Made by a program: the position numbers and the translations under genes. DNA of 64,000 nucleotides, from NCBI GenBank assembly GCA_051362555.1, contig CM120641.1, positions 46,196,401 through 46,260,400 of the forward strand, in the 5' to 3' direction. The stretch is from Lingula anatina. Lineage: Eukaryota > Animalia > Brachiopoda. Below, one piece after another: positions 49,879 through 63,667 of the stretch. How positions within the stretch are numbered: position 1 is the stretch's first letter; each line of letters starts with the position of its first letter. The notes under the pieces are model-generated. The model searched no databases, had not been told where the DNA came from, and worked only from the letters and a program-made list of their open reading frames with translations.

Positions 49879-52800
49879 TCACAGTGAGCAATAGCTATAT
49901 GTGTCAGACAGCAATGACACAAAAAATATACAAACACATACAATGTCTGGATATATAAAAACCAAAACTTTCAGATAAATCAATTCATTGAAAAGAAGTT
50001 TTCAGTTAAAAATACCAATTTTGTCCTAAGTCATCTCAAAACCATGCATTTAATTCTGATAAAACAAATGGGAATAATACTGACGTAACAGTAGCAATTA
50101 AATAAGATATCATGTGTCACTGCTGTTTCATGCAATAAAAATGTGGTACTTTCCCTTGATTATAAATTATGTTACAAAAGGCATTACATTACTTTATATA
50201 ATTCCATCAAGAGTACCACGCAGAGTCATCTGGAAACTGTTCCTTGCGAAGAGACAGGTCAAAACCTTCCGCTGCAAATTCAGGAAACAGTCTGTTCATT
50301 TGGAGACACAATAAATATAATATGTATATCTATTTGACAGACAGAAGCTATTCTACAAAGAATTTTCTGACCTTGTCCTCATCAGAGCATGAGAATATGA
50401 CAAGCATTCGGGTGAAAACAAGGGGCTGATTTTTATCCTTGGGAGATCTGATACTGTAGGAGAGCTTGCATCTCAAATCAAGCTTTAATAAAATAACTCC
50501 TTCATTAATGACAAAATCTGCCCATGATAAAGAATTCCCCGAATGCCCCCTGCTGTATTCAGTTCTAAAGGCCCACACAGTTTCCCTACTCGTAGGCTGA
50601 TTCTTTTAAAGGGATAGAAATGAGAGAATTTTTGAAGAGAAATATTTAGAAATCATTTCAGAGATTATATAGGGGAAGTCACCCAATTATTGCCTTATTA
50701 AAATCCAAATAATTAGCCAATTACCTTTTTTAAAAGATCAATTTGGTTTGAACTTTGGTCATCCTTTGAACATTCTTCCCTGTATAAGGACTTAATTTTG
50801 TTACCATTTTTTATTAGTAATATAAATTGACCAGGGCAAAAACCATGAAATGACTTTAATGAAAAATGTTGTTGGAAAAAGTCAACACAATAAATGCAGA
50901 CAATAGACACCAGAAAACAAAGTGGTTTATTCTCATTCACTAAGGCACACTCTTACTTCAGTATGAATAGAAAAAATCAATAAGTATCAATTCATAAGAG
51001 TATTTTCAACAAACTTAATGATATACTTAACACCATGATGGGTTGCAGAGTACATATTTAGAAGATAAAATCAGGCTCAGGTTTATTATTGATATTTCTT
51101 TAATCTTCTAACTATTGCCACCCTATCTTACATGAATTTGTACAAATATGTTTATTTCAGGGAAATCAATTTCCATAGAATCAGAATGCTTATTAGCCAC
51201 AATAAAAATTGTAAATTACTTGTTGTATCTGAATCATCAGAAGATTTTTTGCATAAAGGCAGCAACCAGACATTCTAAACAATCTAATATTTTTCGAAAC
51301 AATGCACTTTCCTCAAAATCCCATGAAACAGAGACAAAACATTTAAAGGCAATGAGTAAAAACTGAAATTTGTAGTTTTCATCTCTTGTTACATTGTCTT
51401 TCAATTATGTGGGCAAGTACTTCCTCTATATATTTCCATCAGTCAGACAGTAAAGACAGTATCTGTCGACAGGTTTGTGCATCCCCATGTACTCCACAAA
51501 TTATATCTGCCAAGTTATGGATTAATACCCTGATTTAACATGATTACCTCTGTTTTTAGGGTCACCAAACAACTTAAAGACAGGAAGAATCAATTTTATC
51601 AGCGGTTTTAGACAATTGCTCAAATGTGACAACTCCCATAGTTTTAGCCTCCAAAGTAAAGAATGCCTTCATAATTCAAAGGTATCCGGTATTTCCTTTC
51701 GCTTGGGCATCAGTTGAATAAAAACCACGTGCTGATGTTTTGTTCTTGAAAAAGATGCGCAATGAATTTGAATGGACTTAAATAACTGAAATATTTCAAA
51801 TTGTTTTATGATGGTAATGATGAACAATAAAATAAATTACTTTCAAAAAAAGACCACTTCAAAGAGTACAAAGAGAAGAGAATCTAATTATCTAATTATG
51901 TAGGGAAAACATATATTTCCTTATTTTATTCTGTGGAGGGGGGGGGATAATTTGTGTTGATATGTATTGAACCCTTAATTCCAAGCCCTCTTGCAGCACT
52001 GGGTGATAGGACACCTATATAACAGTATATAACAGTAAACAGGAACATTAAAATCTAAGAGGAAGAACCTAATGTATTAGATGGTACCAAAAGTATTTCA
52101 ATATGTCAGTTACAGAGACCCGGTGTGAGCCTTGATGGTATGTAATTTGACACATAAATCAAACAATTAAACACCTGTATTACCTACCTGCATAAAAATC
52201 CACTCTTCAAATGATGATAGGTTGAGTAATGGGATCAACTTTAAAAGGCACATACAATCTCTACCTATTTCACAGTAATGTAACTGAACTGCTTTAAAAC
52301 ACTTAGACCCACTGATTGAAGAAATAAACACTTTCAACTTCTTGTACAAGTCTTTTTGTTATATATATACATTTTTTTTTTCGGGGGGGGGGGGGGTATC
52401 ATAATTTAATTATATTTAACCTAGGGGTCTCTATGTTTCTTTGAATTAATGACTTGTATTTTAAGTATACTAAAAATAGTATGTCCTAAAACATACTAAA
52501 AATTATAACATGACAACTTTTTCTTGATGAAATTTTCCAAATGCCATTTTTTTCAATGATTGACTGGCAAAAAAGAATTAATTGTTTCGATGCTTAGCCA
52601 TTAGACAAAATTTTAAATGTTTTAACAATAACATGTTTTAAATGTGTTAAAATTTGAGTTTTGTTTCATTCTCTTTCCTTCTCTTTCCTTCTGTGGTAGA
52701 ATCCCTCTAAAACTCATTGAAAGGAAACAAAAGTTGATAAAGAAGACAATCCCCCCAAAAAATTACCATGTAAATGCATTATTCTGAAGGAAACCAGACT

Positions 52801-53559
52801 TCAACAGCTGGGGGCAAATTGTTTGAACTGTTACTGGGAGATATTTATCTACAAGTACCTGATTTATCTAACAGTGCGTAAATACAACACTTTACTGCTG
52901 TGTTGTGGTGGTGTTGTGTGCAGTGGAGAGTGTATATCTTTAGCTCATCAAACCACAGTTTGTGGTTCAGACTCTTTGACAGCAATGAGTCTCCTACTTT
53001 ACTGCATTTCTGGACACATACTCACTTCCACTCGCTGACCAGTCATCACGTCTTCTGGATACTCATAAAATTAACATTGTCAATAAATTTTAGTTGACGA
53101 CAACAGAGTTTTTTAATCATTACCATTATCATCTTTATTCTGACTGAATTGACAGATACAAATTATGAGTCTGAAAAGATAGCACTATTTAATAAAACCC
53201 ATGTCGCTTAATATGTGTACTGTGAAAACCAATGTTGGGTCCAACTTTTGCATGTTAACATGCCTACACTGCAATAACAAACACATTTATTGCTTAAATA
53301 GACAGCAAAGAAAAACATCCAAGATGGCCCTCGCATAAAATTATGGAGAAGAGTAGGGTCAGAAATAATGGCAGACTAACCAGTGCAGTGCAGCAATGAA
53401 TAAACGCTGACAGAATTTATCCATAGATATTTTTTTTCTCTTAAATTCTGTCGAATTCCTATTGCACAATAGTATAATTAAGTTCACCATGTTTTGCGTG
53501 TCACTTTGTATTGTTTTTTAGGGTACCTTTACAATAAAACATTTTAGGTAGTTCAAACT

Positions 53560-53670
53560 TACTCCGCGTGGACTCTCACTGAATACAATCAGATTAACAT
53601 GCCTCTTCTTGTTTCCAACGTACTCATATAATCACCAGCAATTTTGTTTTCAACGCAAGGAGGAGGCACA
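53560..53670. mobile_element. Partial copy of MITE family B
   Basis: GGACTCTCACTGAATACAATCAGATTAACATGCCTC..AATCACCAGC..GGAGGAGGCA is shared with 49690-49790. Confidence 0.7.
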
Positions 53671-55108
53671 GTATGTCTTGTAATATTTTAATCTTGTTGC
53701 ATTCACTTTCTTGTACGTTTTATCTCATGTGATGTCACACAGTGCCGACAGCCTCGATTTGGGCTATCTCATGTGATTTCCATTGTAACAGATTTAGTAA
53801 AAAGCACGATCTTCATAAACATTCTTGTCTATGTGCATTCATGATCTCCTAACCTTAAACATTTTCACTGCCAATTATTCAATAAACTTCAACTATGTTG
53901 AATAAAATTACTAAGGCAAGCCAGTCATCTATAATAGGCTGGACTATCACTTACAATATCAGCAGGTGACCAGAACACACTAAACCCTTTCATCTTAATA
54001 ACCCCATAAAACTGACTACTTTATGTGGCTCTTCACCTGCCAATAAACCTGATGATAAAATTCAACACTGTTCTGGACACCCGACAAAACAAACTGATAT
54101 CAAATTTGGGGCTTAAGCTGTTTACCATTCATTTGCACCAATTTGAATTAAATACCTTTTTGTTGGTGTTATCTCGTACAACTTCAGCCGTACATCACAG
54201 CACCCATATACTATTGGCAGTTTGAAGTGCAAATGGATTTAAAACAAACAAAACTTGATGACTGTACAACATAAGACATGGTTCGAGTACAGAAATCTCA
54301 TCTATAATTTATTAGTAAATTCTTCTTGCCGGTGCTTCAATCTCCAGGTCCAGAATACAAATCTAATAGAGGAAGGGAAGTTACCAGGTAAAATCATGAA
54401 GGCTTAAGTCTTAATATCTGACAACCATATCACATTAAAGCATCTTAATTTAACAAAAACACGAGGGCTGATGAGGCACATGTAAGTGCACCCTAGTCCC
54501 AGTGTTTAAAGGGCATTTAAATAGACAAACTCGCTGATTGAAATAAAAAAAACTACTGCGGCCTTGTGGTTTCAAACCGACTGCGCCTCAGTTGCAGCAT
54601 CTAGGAGAGAGGTTGGGGGCAATCTGCAAGTACATTACTTTCCACACAGCTTGAAATACAAGCACGTATGGGTTGTTGTTCTGATGGCCATAAAGATGAA
54701 ATCCCATCACTCCGTGCCATTTATTCCCATTTCTAAGAATTAACAAGGCCCTTAGATGAAAAGGAATATGTGTTCATGCTCACATCTACACATTTTCAAA
54801 TCCCATGGATTTTAATGATAAGAGGCATTGGCATAACAAGGTAAAATTTTGTCTGCTTGTCTGTTGTTTGTGTGCGCAACATCAAGCTTACTTAATTTTC
54901 ATACCAGCACATTTTCAGATCAATACTACTTTTACCCTGGCTATGATATTTTCTTCATAGAAATGGACCTTATTTTCAGTTATCAATGAGCAATCTTTGG
55001 AAGGAGATTCTAATACTGGGGTTTGGCTTTTAGCTTAGCTGTTATTCAAAAACATGAATAGTTTGTTTTAACAGTTATGACCAAATAAATCATTAAGTTT
55101 TTTATTCC

Positions 55109-55139
<31 letters not shown>

Positions 55140-56936
55140 CATAAATGCCATAATTGTTTTAAATGAACTATTTCAGATATTTTAATACTAGTTTGAAGCA
55201 TCTGTGTAAAAACTGTATGTTTTAACAGGGGATAGATTTTTCTTCTGATAGAAGGTTTAAAAGATAAAATAATGAATATGCCATCAGACACAAGCCAGAT
55301 TTAATCTCACATAACATTTTTTATCAAAGCCGATAAGAAAAAATTAACCAAAGCCTTCATTAAAGGAACCAAGTGTTATTCATTTTCTCATTTTCTTTAG
55401 CCAAAATCTTTTTTGACCTTTGGTGAAAATTGAGCATCACGTGCAAAAAAAAAAAAAAATAGTATTTTTAACATAGTTTCTGTTTTGGCCCACTGGATAA
55501 ATTCAGTTTTTGGGAAAATGAAGAAATCCAATAATACTGGTATTCTTCAATCAAAATCAGTTTTTTAGCCTTAGATGAAAACTGCTCAAACTACTGAGAC
55601 TATGCATTGAATTTTCATCACAGATTGCAATCTCCCACCCTTAGTTTCAGAGATTTAACTAACTGAAAATGGCAGAGGCATGTTGATAGCATAGGAGAGT
55701 TTCCAGTGATTTCTATACACTCAGGGTGCCCATCAGCTAGCTAGATGAGAGGGAAAAAGTGTAAACGTCTGCTGACGGAGATCAGAGTATGTGGATCACC
55801 ACCATTCACTTTTCAAGTCAATACTGATACCTTATCTTTTTTGGGCCACGGAGAAGTAGTGAGGAAGAGATAAGCCACATACTAAGTAAATAGCTCAATC
55901 ACAGTGATGTACGCAGGTGAGAAAGATGAGTGCTATGCACAGAAACACCTTAGAGTATCAGTTCTAATTGTACTAAAAGTTAAAATCCAGAACACAAAAA
56001 TAAAAAAAAAAAGACATGACATCACATTCACAAATCTGCTGCTCGGGAGGTTGACATCCACCTAGGCCTACATGTTTTAGTTGGTGTTACTGAAAATTTA
56101 TGTGGCATCTGTTTACTGGAGAATGAGGAATGTCTACCCTGCAACCTTTTCACTTTAACTGCAGTCCTCTTGTACAAGATCTCACTAAAAAACGTTTGAC
56201 AATTTTTCATTGGGATTTGTTGAATTAAAACCAAGTGAAATCTGCACTAGAAAACATTTAGCTATTTTTTATGTTTGCCCTCTAAAAAAAATCTTTAAAT
56301 ATTGAAAAGGAAAAAAGAAAATATGTAACTTAAAAAGACTCTTAATCAGTACAAGACTAAGCTTTAACCAAAAGTATAAAATATAGTAAGATACTTATTT
56401 CCTCGGAGAAGCAATGATAATTAATTAGATTTTGCGCTGCATCAATCACTTTACTTCTCAGCACATGTGCTCTGAAATCAGAAGGTGTGTGTTTCAGTGC
56501 CTCCCATCTTATAAGAATGTGGGCACACACAATTACTCAGAGTTCATTTTATGTCCCGTAGTACAGTAGACAAAACTTCACCGTTGACAAAATTTTTTCA
56601 GCACGATCTTTTCGACTTGAAAACATTTCCCCTTTAATTTCAAAGATTAGCCTTGGTGACGGACAAGTACATAGTCAGTATGCGTGTAAATAAACCCAAC
56701 ATAAAGAGTTCACTAGGATATTTAAGGCTGCCTTCTGCGGTTTCACTATGCATCACGCTTGAAATGTGCCGCTAATGATTAATTTTGGAAGCGACAGCCG
56801 CAAGCACCGACACCAACACGGATGCAGTTCATAGAACGCGAGCGAGTACACACATCCCAAGGCGCGATTAACTGGGATCGTACAACCTCTCGCGTTTCTG
56901 AAAATTAAAGTCAAATTGCACACACAGCCTACTTAC

Positions 56937-57112
56937 AGTTCGGTGACATTCTTCGGAATTGACTGGGGCACGGAGGTGATGTTTTTCCCCGAGCAAGTGA
57001 CGAGAACTGCTGAGTTCTTTTCCAGGGATTCCCCTCCAACCACGCAGTCCGCGTCGGCACTAGAGGCCAAAATTATGAAAGTTCCCATCAACAAAAAGCC
57101 ATCGATATTCAT
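56937..57112 (-). CDS. LGR exon 1 (signal peptide + LRR N-cap)
   Basis: MNIDGFLLMGTFIILASSADADCVVGGESLEKNSAVLVTCSGKNITSVPQSIPKNVTEL has a hydrophobic signal peptide and a CxxxxITSVPxxIPxNVTEL LRRNT pattern. Donor gtaagt, phase 2, matches exon 2. Confidence 0.88.
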
Positions 57113-57240
57113 GTTGTACTCGCTTAGAATGCTAGTTACATGCCACTGGTTTGTGATAGAGTTGCTCTGCCTGCCGCAGCAACGTGCTGTAAGTGTGAAC
57201 CAACATACTAGCCTGCCGCTTCACATACTTCAATGCCTTG

Positions 57241-57276
57241 GTCATGTGACCGCAAATCACAGGAAGGGATTGGCTG
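57241..57276 (-). promoter_or_regulatory. Candidate LGR proximal promoter: GTCATGTGAC E-box (M-box/CLEAR-like) and CCAAT box
   Basis: GTCATGTGAC at 57241-57250 and CAGCCAATC on the - strand at 57268-57276, 130-165 bp upstream of the ATG. Motif match only. Confidence 0.45.
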
Positions 57277-57578
57277 AAAGTTTCTTTCGATGTCTATAAC
57301 GCCGTGAATGTGTCAAAGAGTCAATACCTGCTTGGAAGGAAACTATTAACATCAAGTCCTGATCTGACGCCATAACGCCGATCTCAGGCCTATACGTGTT
57401 TTTTTTTAATGTATTAAAATGTATTAAATAGAAAAGAAAAAATAAATATATGCATTATAAATAGATGGATAAATAATCTAAATTTTGAGACCACGCTCGG
57501 AGGCCCATTCCTTCAGACGGCAAAGAGATAGTAGTAACTCAGTGCCTAATTTCGTACCGACAAATGTTATTTGAAAGA

Positions 57579-57619
<41 letters not shown>

Positions 57620-57930
57620 AGAAAGTTGGTTTGACTACTGTGCAATGGGTTGACGGAAAAAGGTGTGGCTGATGTTTGCCAATAAAATGTGTAAAAATCT
57701 ATTTTTAAGGCACTATATTTCCGTGAAAAAAATCGCCGCCTCCATATAAAGTAATTGGAAGATAGGCCCTACTGTCTTCTATGGATAAAGGGCCTATAGA
57801 TAAGACAAGGATCCACGAGTTTATGCGTTCAAATGGTCAATCGTTTTCTAAAGTAATAAGTAAATTCTCCGTATTAAAATAAAGTCTTAGTCAGCTCTAA
57901 TCTTTCCCTCCTTTTAACTATTAACTTTTC

Positions 57931-58041
<111 letters not shown>

Positions 58042-58397
58042 CACAGTTAGTTAAAGCATAGAAGTAGAGAACTTCTATGGTTAAAGGTTATAGTTATAGT
58101 TATAACCCTAGCGACTTTAAATACACCAGATACCACTGTCAAAACAACAGTGTATAAGACAAGATGACAGTTATAATAAAACGATAGAAACCTGATACCA
58201 ATAGCGATGTTATCGGTACGTGTTACCGTTATGCCGTTTAGCAAACCTGGATTAGCTTTTAGCTGAATTCACAAGGCCATTGCAAATGGCCCATAAACAT
58301 ATTTTACAGTTAGGCTACTGTGCATTACATGGTCAATATACAGTAACAGTCTTGCACCAGTGCAATTATATTATTATACTGTAATACATAAAATAGC

Positions 58398-58706
58398 CAG
58401 GAGCGGATCAAGGATTATTTGAAGGGGGGGGGGAGGGGGGGCGGGGGGAGGGGGTCCGGAACGACAGGCATCGGATGCGAAGCCAACCGCCGCCCCCTTG
58501 GTGTGGGGTTCGGGCCTACTCAAGGGCCCCGAAATTTTTTTGTGTGTTTAGGAGAGTAAACAGTGTCCTTTGGTATGGTTTAGAACTATGATTCAGCAAG
58601 TCTAAATTCTAATTTCACGAGGGGAATATTGATGTGGTATATTTTTCAGAAACCGAAGGGGGGGGGGGGCTGGATTCCCCAAGACCCCCCACTAAATCTG
58701 CCACTA
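58398..58706 (+). mobile_element. MITE-like repeat family A, copy 5 (longest)
   Basis: CAGGAGCGGATCAAGGATT...CCCCTTGGTGTGGGGTTCGGGCC...CTATGATTCAGCAAGTCTAAATTCTAAT...AAATCTGCCACTA. Confidence 0.78.
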
Positions 58707-61700
58707 GTATCATCTGGGGGTACATACTTTTTATATAGCTGGTAGGGTACAGAGTCGAGAGTTTCTCATTGGTATTAACTCAATCGTGCAAAATCTGTGC
58801 AAGTTCACACAATAAAATACTTATTATCACCTTTTAACTTCTGCGGAATTAAACTATGATACAGAGTTCTTATTTTGAAATTTGACTACCTTTCCACGAC
58901 AATCGCACGTGGGGTAAAACGGAATGCCTTTTTCAAGCGTAGTTTAAGTTATCAGAGATAAAATAGAAGCAAAATGCGCTAGCTGTAATTGATCATCTTG
59001 ATTTAAAAGTAAATAAATATGTCCAAAGTTTAATTTATACTATTTGCCTTCTTATTTGGGGTGGGGGTGTTACAGCAACATCTTCCAGTAACGCATATAG
59101 ATATTGGTTATTATCCTTGACGTTTTTAGCCTATAGTGGGTGAAAGGTAAAACCAAGCAAATAAGGCCAAGCTTACACAAAACAGGCATTAGAACCTGCA
59201 GCTGCCCAGGAAATGCTACATAAAATTTCACCACCTCGAGAATTTCTACTGTCAACAGAGTTACAGCGGAAGCATGCAGTAGAAAGCCAAAAGAATAGAA
59301 GATAGCATTTTTCTATCGGGCAAATCTGTAGAAAACAACATCTACAGTGTACCTACGGATAGGTGACCCTTGTTTGAACAGAAATTATCTCTAATTAACT
59401 TGCATCCAATACAGGACATGTCTTTGGTAAAATAATTATCTGAAACTTGGACGAATAAATCGTTTTATTTGTCCAAGTCTGAAAGAAGGTAACCTTTTAT
59501 ATACCCAACAATGGTATCTACACGAAACACACTCGGAGACGCAAAGAGCCACGTTACATGTACATATACCATACACTTAAACTACGTGTAATTGGTGAAG
59601 AGATGCTTGGTCCACGCAAAAAAAGGTTCTTGAGACCGCCTTGGTGGCTCTTTCATGGTATCTCAAGGCGGAAGCAGAAAACCGAAGTCTAGCAATGGAA
59701 ACTCAACTATTGTTGCCAAATGTAATCTCCAAATCTGCAGGGTATTGCTATCACGCCGAGTATCAGTTAAATCACCTGAGACATCTTGCGTGTGAGACTG
59801 CCACGTGAAAAAAGAACCCTTGAAAAGCTTCATTTGACTGTGTTTTTGGGACGCCAACTAAAGATGATTTCCAATATCCGATAATGAATTTAAAACACTT
59901 TGGGAAACCAAGTGAGCCCAACCTTGGATTGTAAATTCGCACAATGGTAGTGATAAAGCTGCTATCTAAGGCAGGATATCTCCCTCATCTAATAATTAAA
60001 TAACGAAGGGAATCTGTTTTCGAGGCCGTCTCGGGATATTATTAACCTAAGTTTTAAACCAAACGAACAAACATAGGGTTTCCATTCATAATACATACAT
60101 ACATACATAACAAATAAATAAAAATTCAGACAAATAACTGTATGAATAAACCCCAAAATGTTTACATATTTTGTTGATTTTGACAGCGGAAGGCCAAGGA
60201 AGAGGACATATCCTACAAGCGTCATATACTTAAAATATCAACATAACTCATGTCTTAATTTTTTAAATGTCAGAATATATGTAGCAGAGAGGTGCACACA
60301 GGTAGATTATTGCATAACAGATCTTTTTTAATTAAATATGGCGGGGTTAACGCTCTTCAAACCTATTTTTTGGCATAAATTTACAATCTTTTGTCGTTTA
60401 TCAAGCAACAATAGGTTGTCTCCTGTATGTTTTCTATGTTCCTAAGAAAACTACCGAGAAGTGCAACAATTTTGGGACTAGATTATTCAACAGAAACAAA
60501 AAATGCAAGGTTTAGCCGAGTGGGTCCGTTTTTTGAGTGCAACCACCTTTGGATAATAAAGACCGCCCAAGATAGATATGTTCGTAAATACATGTACCTA
60601 AAACGTTTCCATGGTAGAAGACTACATATTGGTTAATTGATTTAAAGATGTCGCTAGTGATATTCATTTAAGCAAAGCGCAGGTGCAGCAGACAGCGTTC
60701 TATAGAAAAGGTTTCCGAAGGGTGAGACAATTTAATCTCCTGAACCTCAAATCTGCCGCTCTCAGTAACCCGTAGAAGCCAGGATGCCACCACCCAACCC
60801 AGCCTTAAATTCTTTGCCCTTGCCTTGACTCCGATATCGAATGATTTCAGGGGAACTTGGGTCCGCCTTTTTATTTTAGGTAAAAGCGTCCGTTCAACTG
60901 TCATACGCTCTTGCTAAAAAGTGTAGGAATTTTTGAAAACTAGAGATATATTATTTTTTCTCGCTTTCACCGTGACGGTTTTTGGAAAAAGATGTATATA
61001 AATAGGTTAATGTCTTACTTTGTGAACACTTTCTAATGAAGGTACGGAGTTCGAACAAATCCGGAAATGTCTGGAAACTGGGCCTATCATTTTACCAGCC
61101 CGTTTTATGGCGTTATAGAGAACTTCGGATGTCTGCTAATTTACAATGAAGGCATATTTCAACAGCAAATAGATACTGATAACCATTTCCTCATATTAGA
61201 GCGGAAATCTAATAGTCTATGGCACAATAATCTTTTCTCATTCCAAGTCCGTCTATTCACCACCGCACTTATTGAAGCGCTTCAAAGAATTCTACATTCC
61301 GTGATCTAATTGCAGAACTAATGAACATGTCTTTGTGTTTATAGAAAACAAATATCGCAATAACCCTTCTTTGCCTCCATTTTTGTGACAGGATTTGATG
61401 TATACGTAAACGGCACAATTCCCATTGCATGAAACCGTTTAGACAGATGCGTGTGGATATGCTCTCGTGGATTGTGTTACGTGTCACATCTAACACACTA
61501 TTGCTCGGAACGATTGTTTTCAGACTTGCGATGTTGTTTTATTTGATAAAAGGGATAGAATTAGTGTGCAGACGTTGCTGGTTTACAGATATCTATGATT
61601 ATATTTGTCTGCTGATACCTTTTGTTTACATTGGGTTCTAGTTTATAGACATGTTTTTCAAGTTCTTGAGTACAGCTGAGCGACATAATTAGATTAATTG

Positions 61701-62257
61701 TGCCTTCTAAGAGATAACCTTAGCCTAGGGAAAAATAACGACAGACGGTTGGTGTTAAAAACTGATCAATTCACTATTACTCCCAAGTAAAAATCACTGA
61801 AGGGGTAAGTTGTTTCATTTTTTACAGTGACATTCAAGAACCACTGCCTATAGTGATAATAATAAATGTTGTTTTCTCAAAACAAAATTTCAACAATGAC
61901 AGAAAATCGATTTTGGCATTGTGCGTAAGGTAAAAATATTGAAAATTATTAAAATCCTTTTCAGAGTGTATATAACACAAATAGTTAAGTATGGCTTTAA
62001 GATATGTGAGATAAGTGATCTTTCCAAACTATGTTTGCAGTGCTTTCCCTCTGGTTAAAAAAAAAAAGACAGGTTTTAAGAAAAAAAATTAAATTACTTC
62101 CAGTGACATTCATCAGAGCAGTTCTGAAAAGACGTGTTGCTTTAGCAAAAGTAAAAAAAACAACAACTCAATATCAGATCAGTTTTTCAATTCAATATTT
62201 AATCATGTATATGTAGACAATGTAGTATTTACAGATCCCCTAATATCTATATCCAAG

Positions 62258-62368
62258 CTAGCTATCCGAACCATTTTCTGTATATGATTCAGGTAATTTA
62301 TATCCAACTAGATTTGCTGTAGATTCAGTGCTTCTTTCTCCGTGTCCTTTGAATTCCTCTCTTAGTTC
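62258..62368 (-). CDS. FMC1: FMC1 (mitochondrial complex V assembly factor, C7orf55 homologue), exon 3
   Basis: Acceptor ttttgtag|. ELREEFKGHGERSTESTANLVGYKLPESYTENGSDS-TAG matches the FMC1 C-terminal motif GxGERSxExxAxLVGxKLP. Confidence 0.92.
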   Translation of the reverse strand, partial: ELREEFKGHGERSTESTANLVGYKLPESYTENGSDS

Positions 62369-62880
62369 CTACAAAATAAAAAAATAAAAACACTTTAGTC
62401 ATTACATGCCTCTCTGTTGAAATATTTTGCTACACCCAAAATTGGCTAGAGAAAATGAAACACAGTATCTATTCATGTTGGTGTAAAGTAAGCTATATGG
62501 ATTTTTTAAAATCTGTTATTTTTATAAATATTGCCATAGAGGTCTCTTTGACCTAAATAATGAAATCAAAATAAAGAATTTGTAATGAATGTATGACCAC
62601 AGATATGAAAATTTAATTTCTTCTGAATCATTATTTATTGTTAAAATATAAATTTAGTACCTGAACTTTCCAACAAATAACAGACTGCTGTACATTGCTG
62701 TATAATTGGGAAAGAATAATTAAAAACATAACCCAGTTTCTGAATTTTCCAACAAATACAAAAAATTACTGTATTAAAAATTCATAAAGTATCTAAATTA
62801 TCTTTCAATCAACAAACTAGTGTAGAGTGTGTATGTGTACATGTGTACACACAAATTAAGTAAGTCTACAAGAACTTTAC

Positions 62881-63033
62881 CTTACATTCTCTTGTACTTT
62901 TCAAAAGACAGAGGTATGTTTCAGCAAGATGATTCATAGCTCCATCCCCCTTACAGTACGTATTACTGGTTAACTGGTGTTGTCTGTACTGGTCCAACAC
63001 ATAGGAATATACTGGAGTGGTTCTTAGTTTGCT
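62881..63033 (-). CDS. FMC1: FMC1 exon 2
   Basis: Acceptor cccag|. SKLRTTPVYSYVLDQYRQHQLTSNTYCKGDGAMNHLAETYLCLLKSTRECK contains the family motif AxTYLCLLxSxR. Donor AAG|GTAAAG, phase 0. Confidence 0.92.
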
Positions 63034-63667
63034 CTGGGAATAATAATAATAATAATAATAACAAGCCCACAGGCAGCAATCTCAGAGGGGGGGGGGGGGT
63101 GTCATTTTCTGAAAAAGTGGACCTTTTAACGTAAAATCCTTAAGTACATAGATCAAATTTTAGATAAAATCAGAGTGGACCTTTTCCCAGCAAAAAAGGG
63201 TGGTTCTTTCAAACCCCCTGGCTACGGGCCTGAATAATAATAATAATAATAATTTATACATAAAAGTATAAAATGAAAATTGGTATAATCTGGCATATGA
63301 TCTGTTGATAAAATTAAACACAATAGAATAATTACAAAATTCATTTTTCTCATTAAAAATAATTAAGCTTGTAAATGTTAATAATGTTACCGTCATTCAT
63401 TTCCATAAACGTTAACAAGTATAAATGTAAATATTATTCATAAACTGAGATGACCGAGCTGCATTTTGGTCTATCACTGAAACAACAAGAAATACTTGAA
63501 ACCACACTGGTTTGATTTTAGACTCTAGTTTTAGTAAAACCAAGGAAGGAGTTATAACTCCTTGGTAAAACTCAGTGCTTTCTCAGAAAGTTTATGTTTG
63601 CAATAGGTTAAGTATTCAATGTGCTGTATGATTTTTGAATACACTGTCATACTAATGATCTTCTTAC

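Noticed and set aside
52895-53000. tRNA or tRNA-derived SINE head
   Set aside because: There is only a vague A/B-box resemblance, no cloverleaf and no second copy in the window.
37947-56936. Additional LRR exons or a nested gene in the 19-kb LGR intron 1
   Set aside because: I found no convincing phase-2 LRR-like exon or conserved ORF by eye, and exon 1 joins exon 2 in frame. The listed ORFs there are low-complexity or AT-rich noise. Small exons cannot be fully excluded.
56916-57299. + strand 127-aa ORF
   Set aside because: It is the antisense shadow of LGR exon 1 and its leader, starts at a non-ATG codon and has no recognisable domain.
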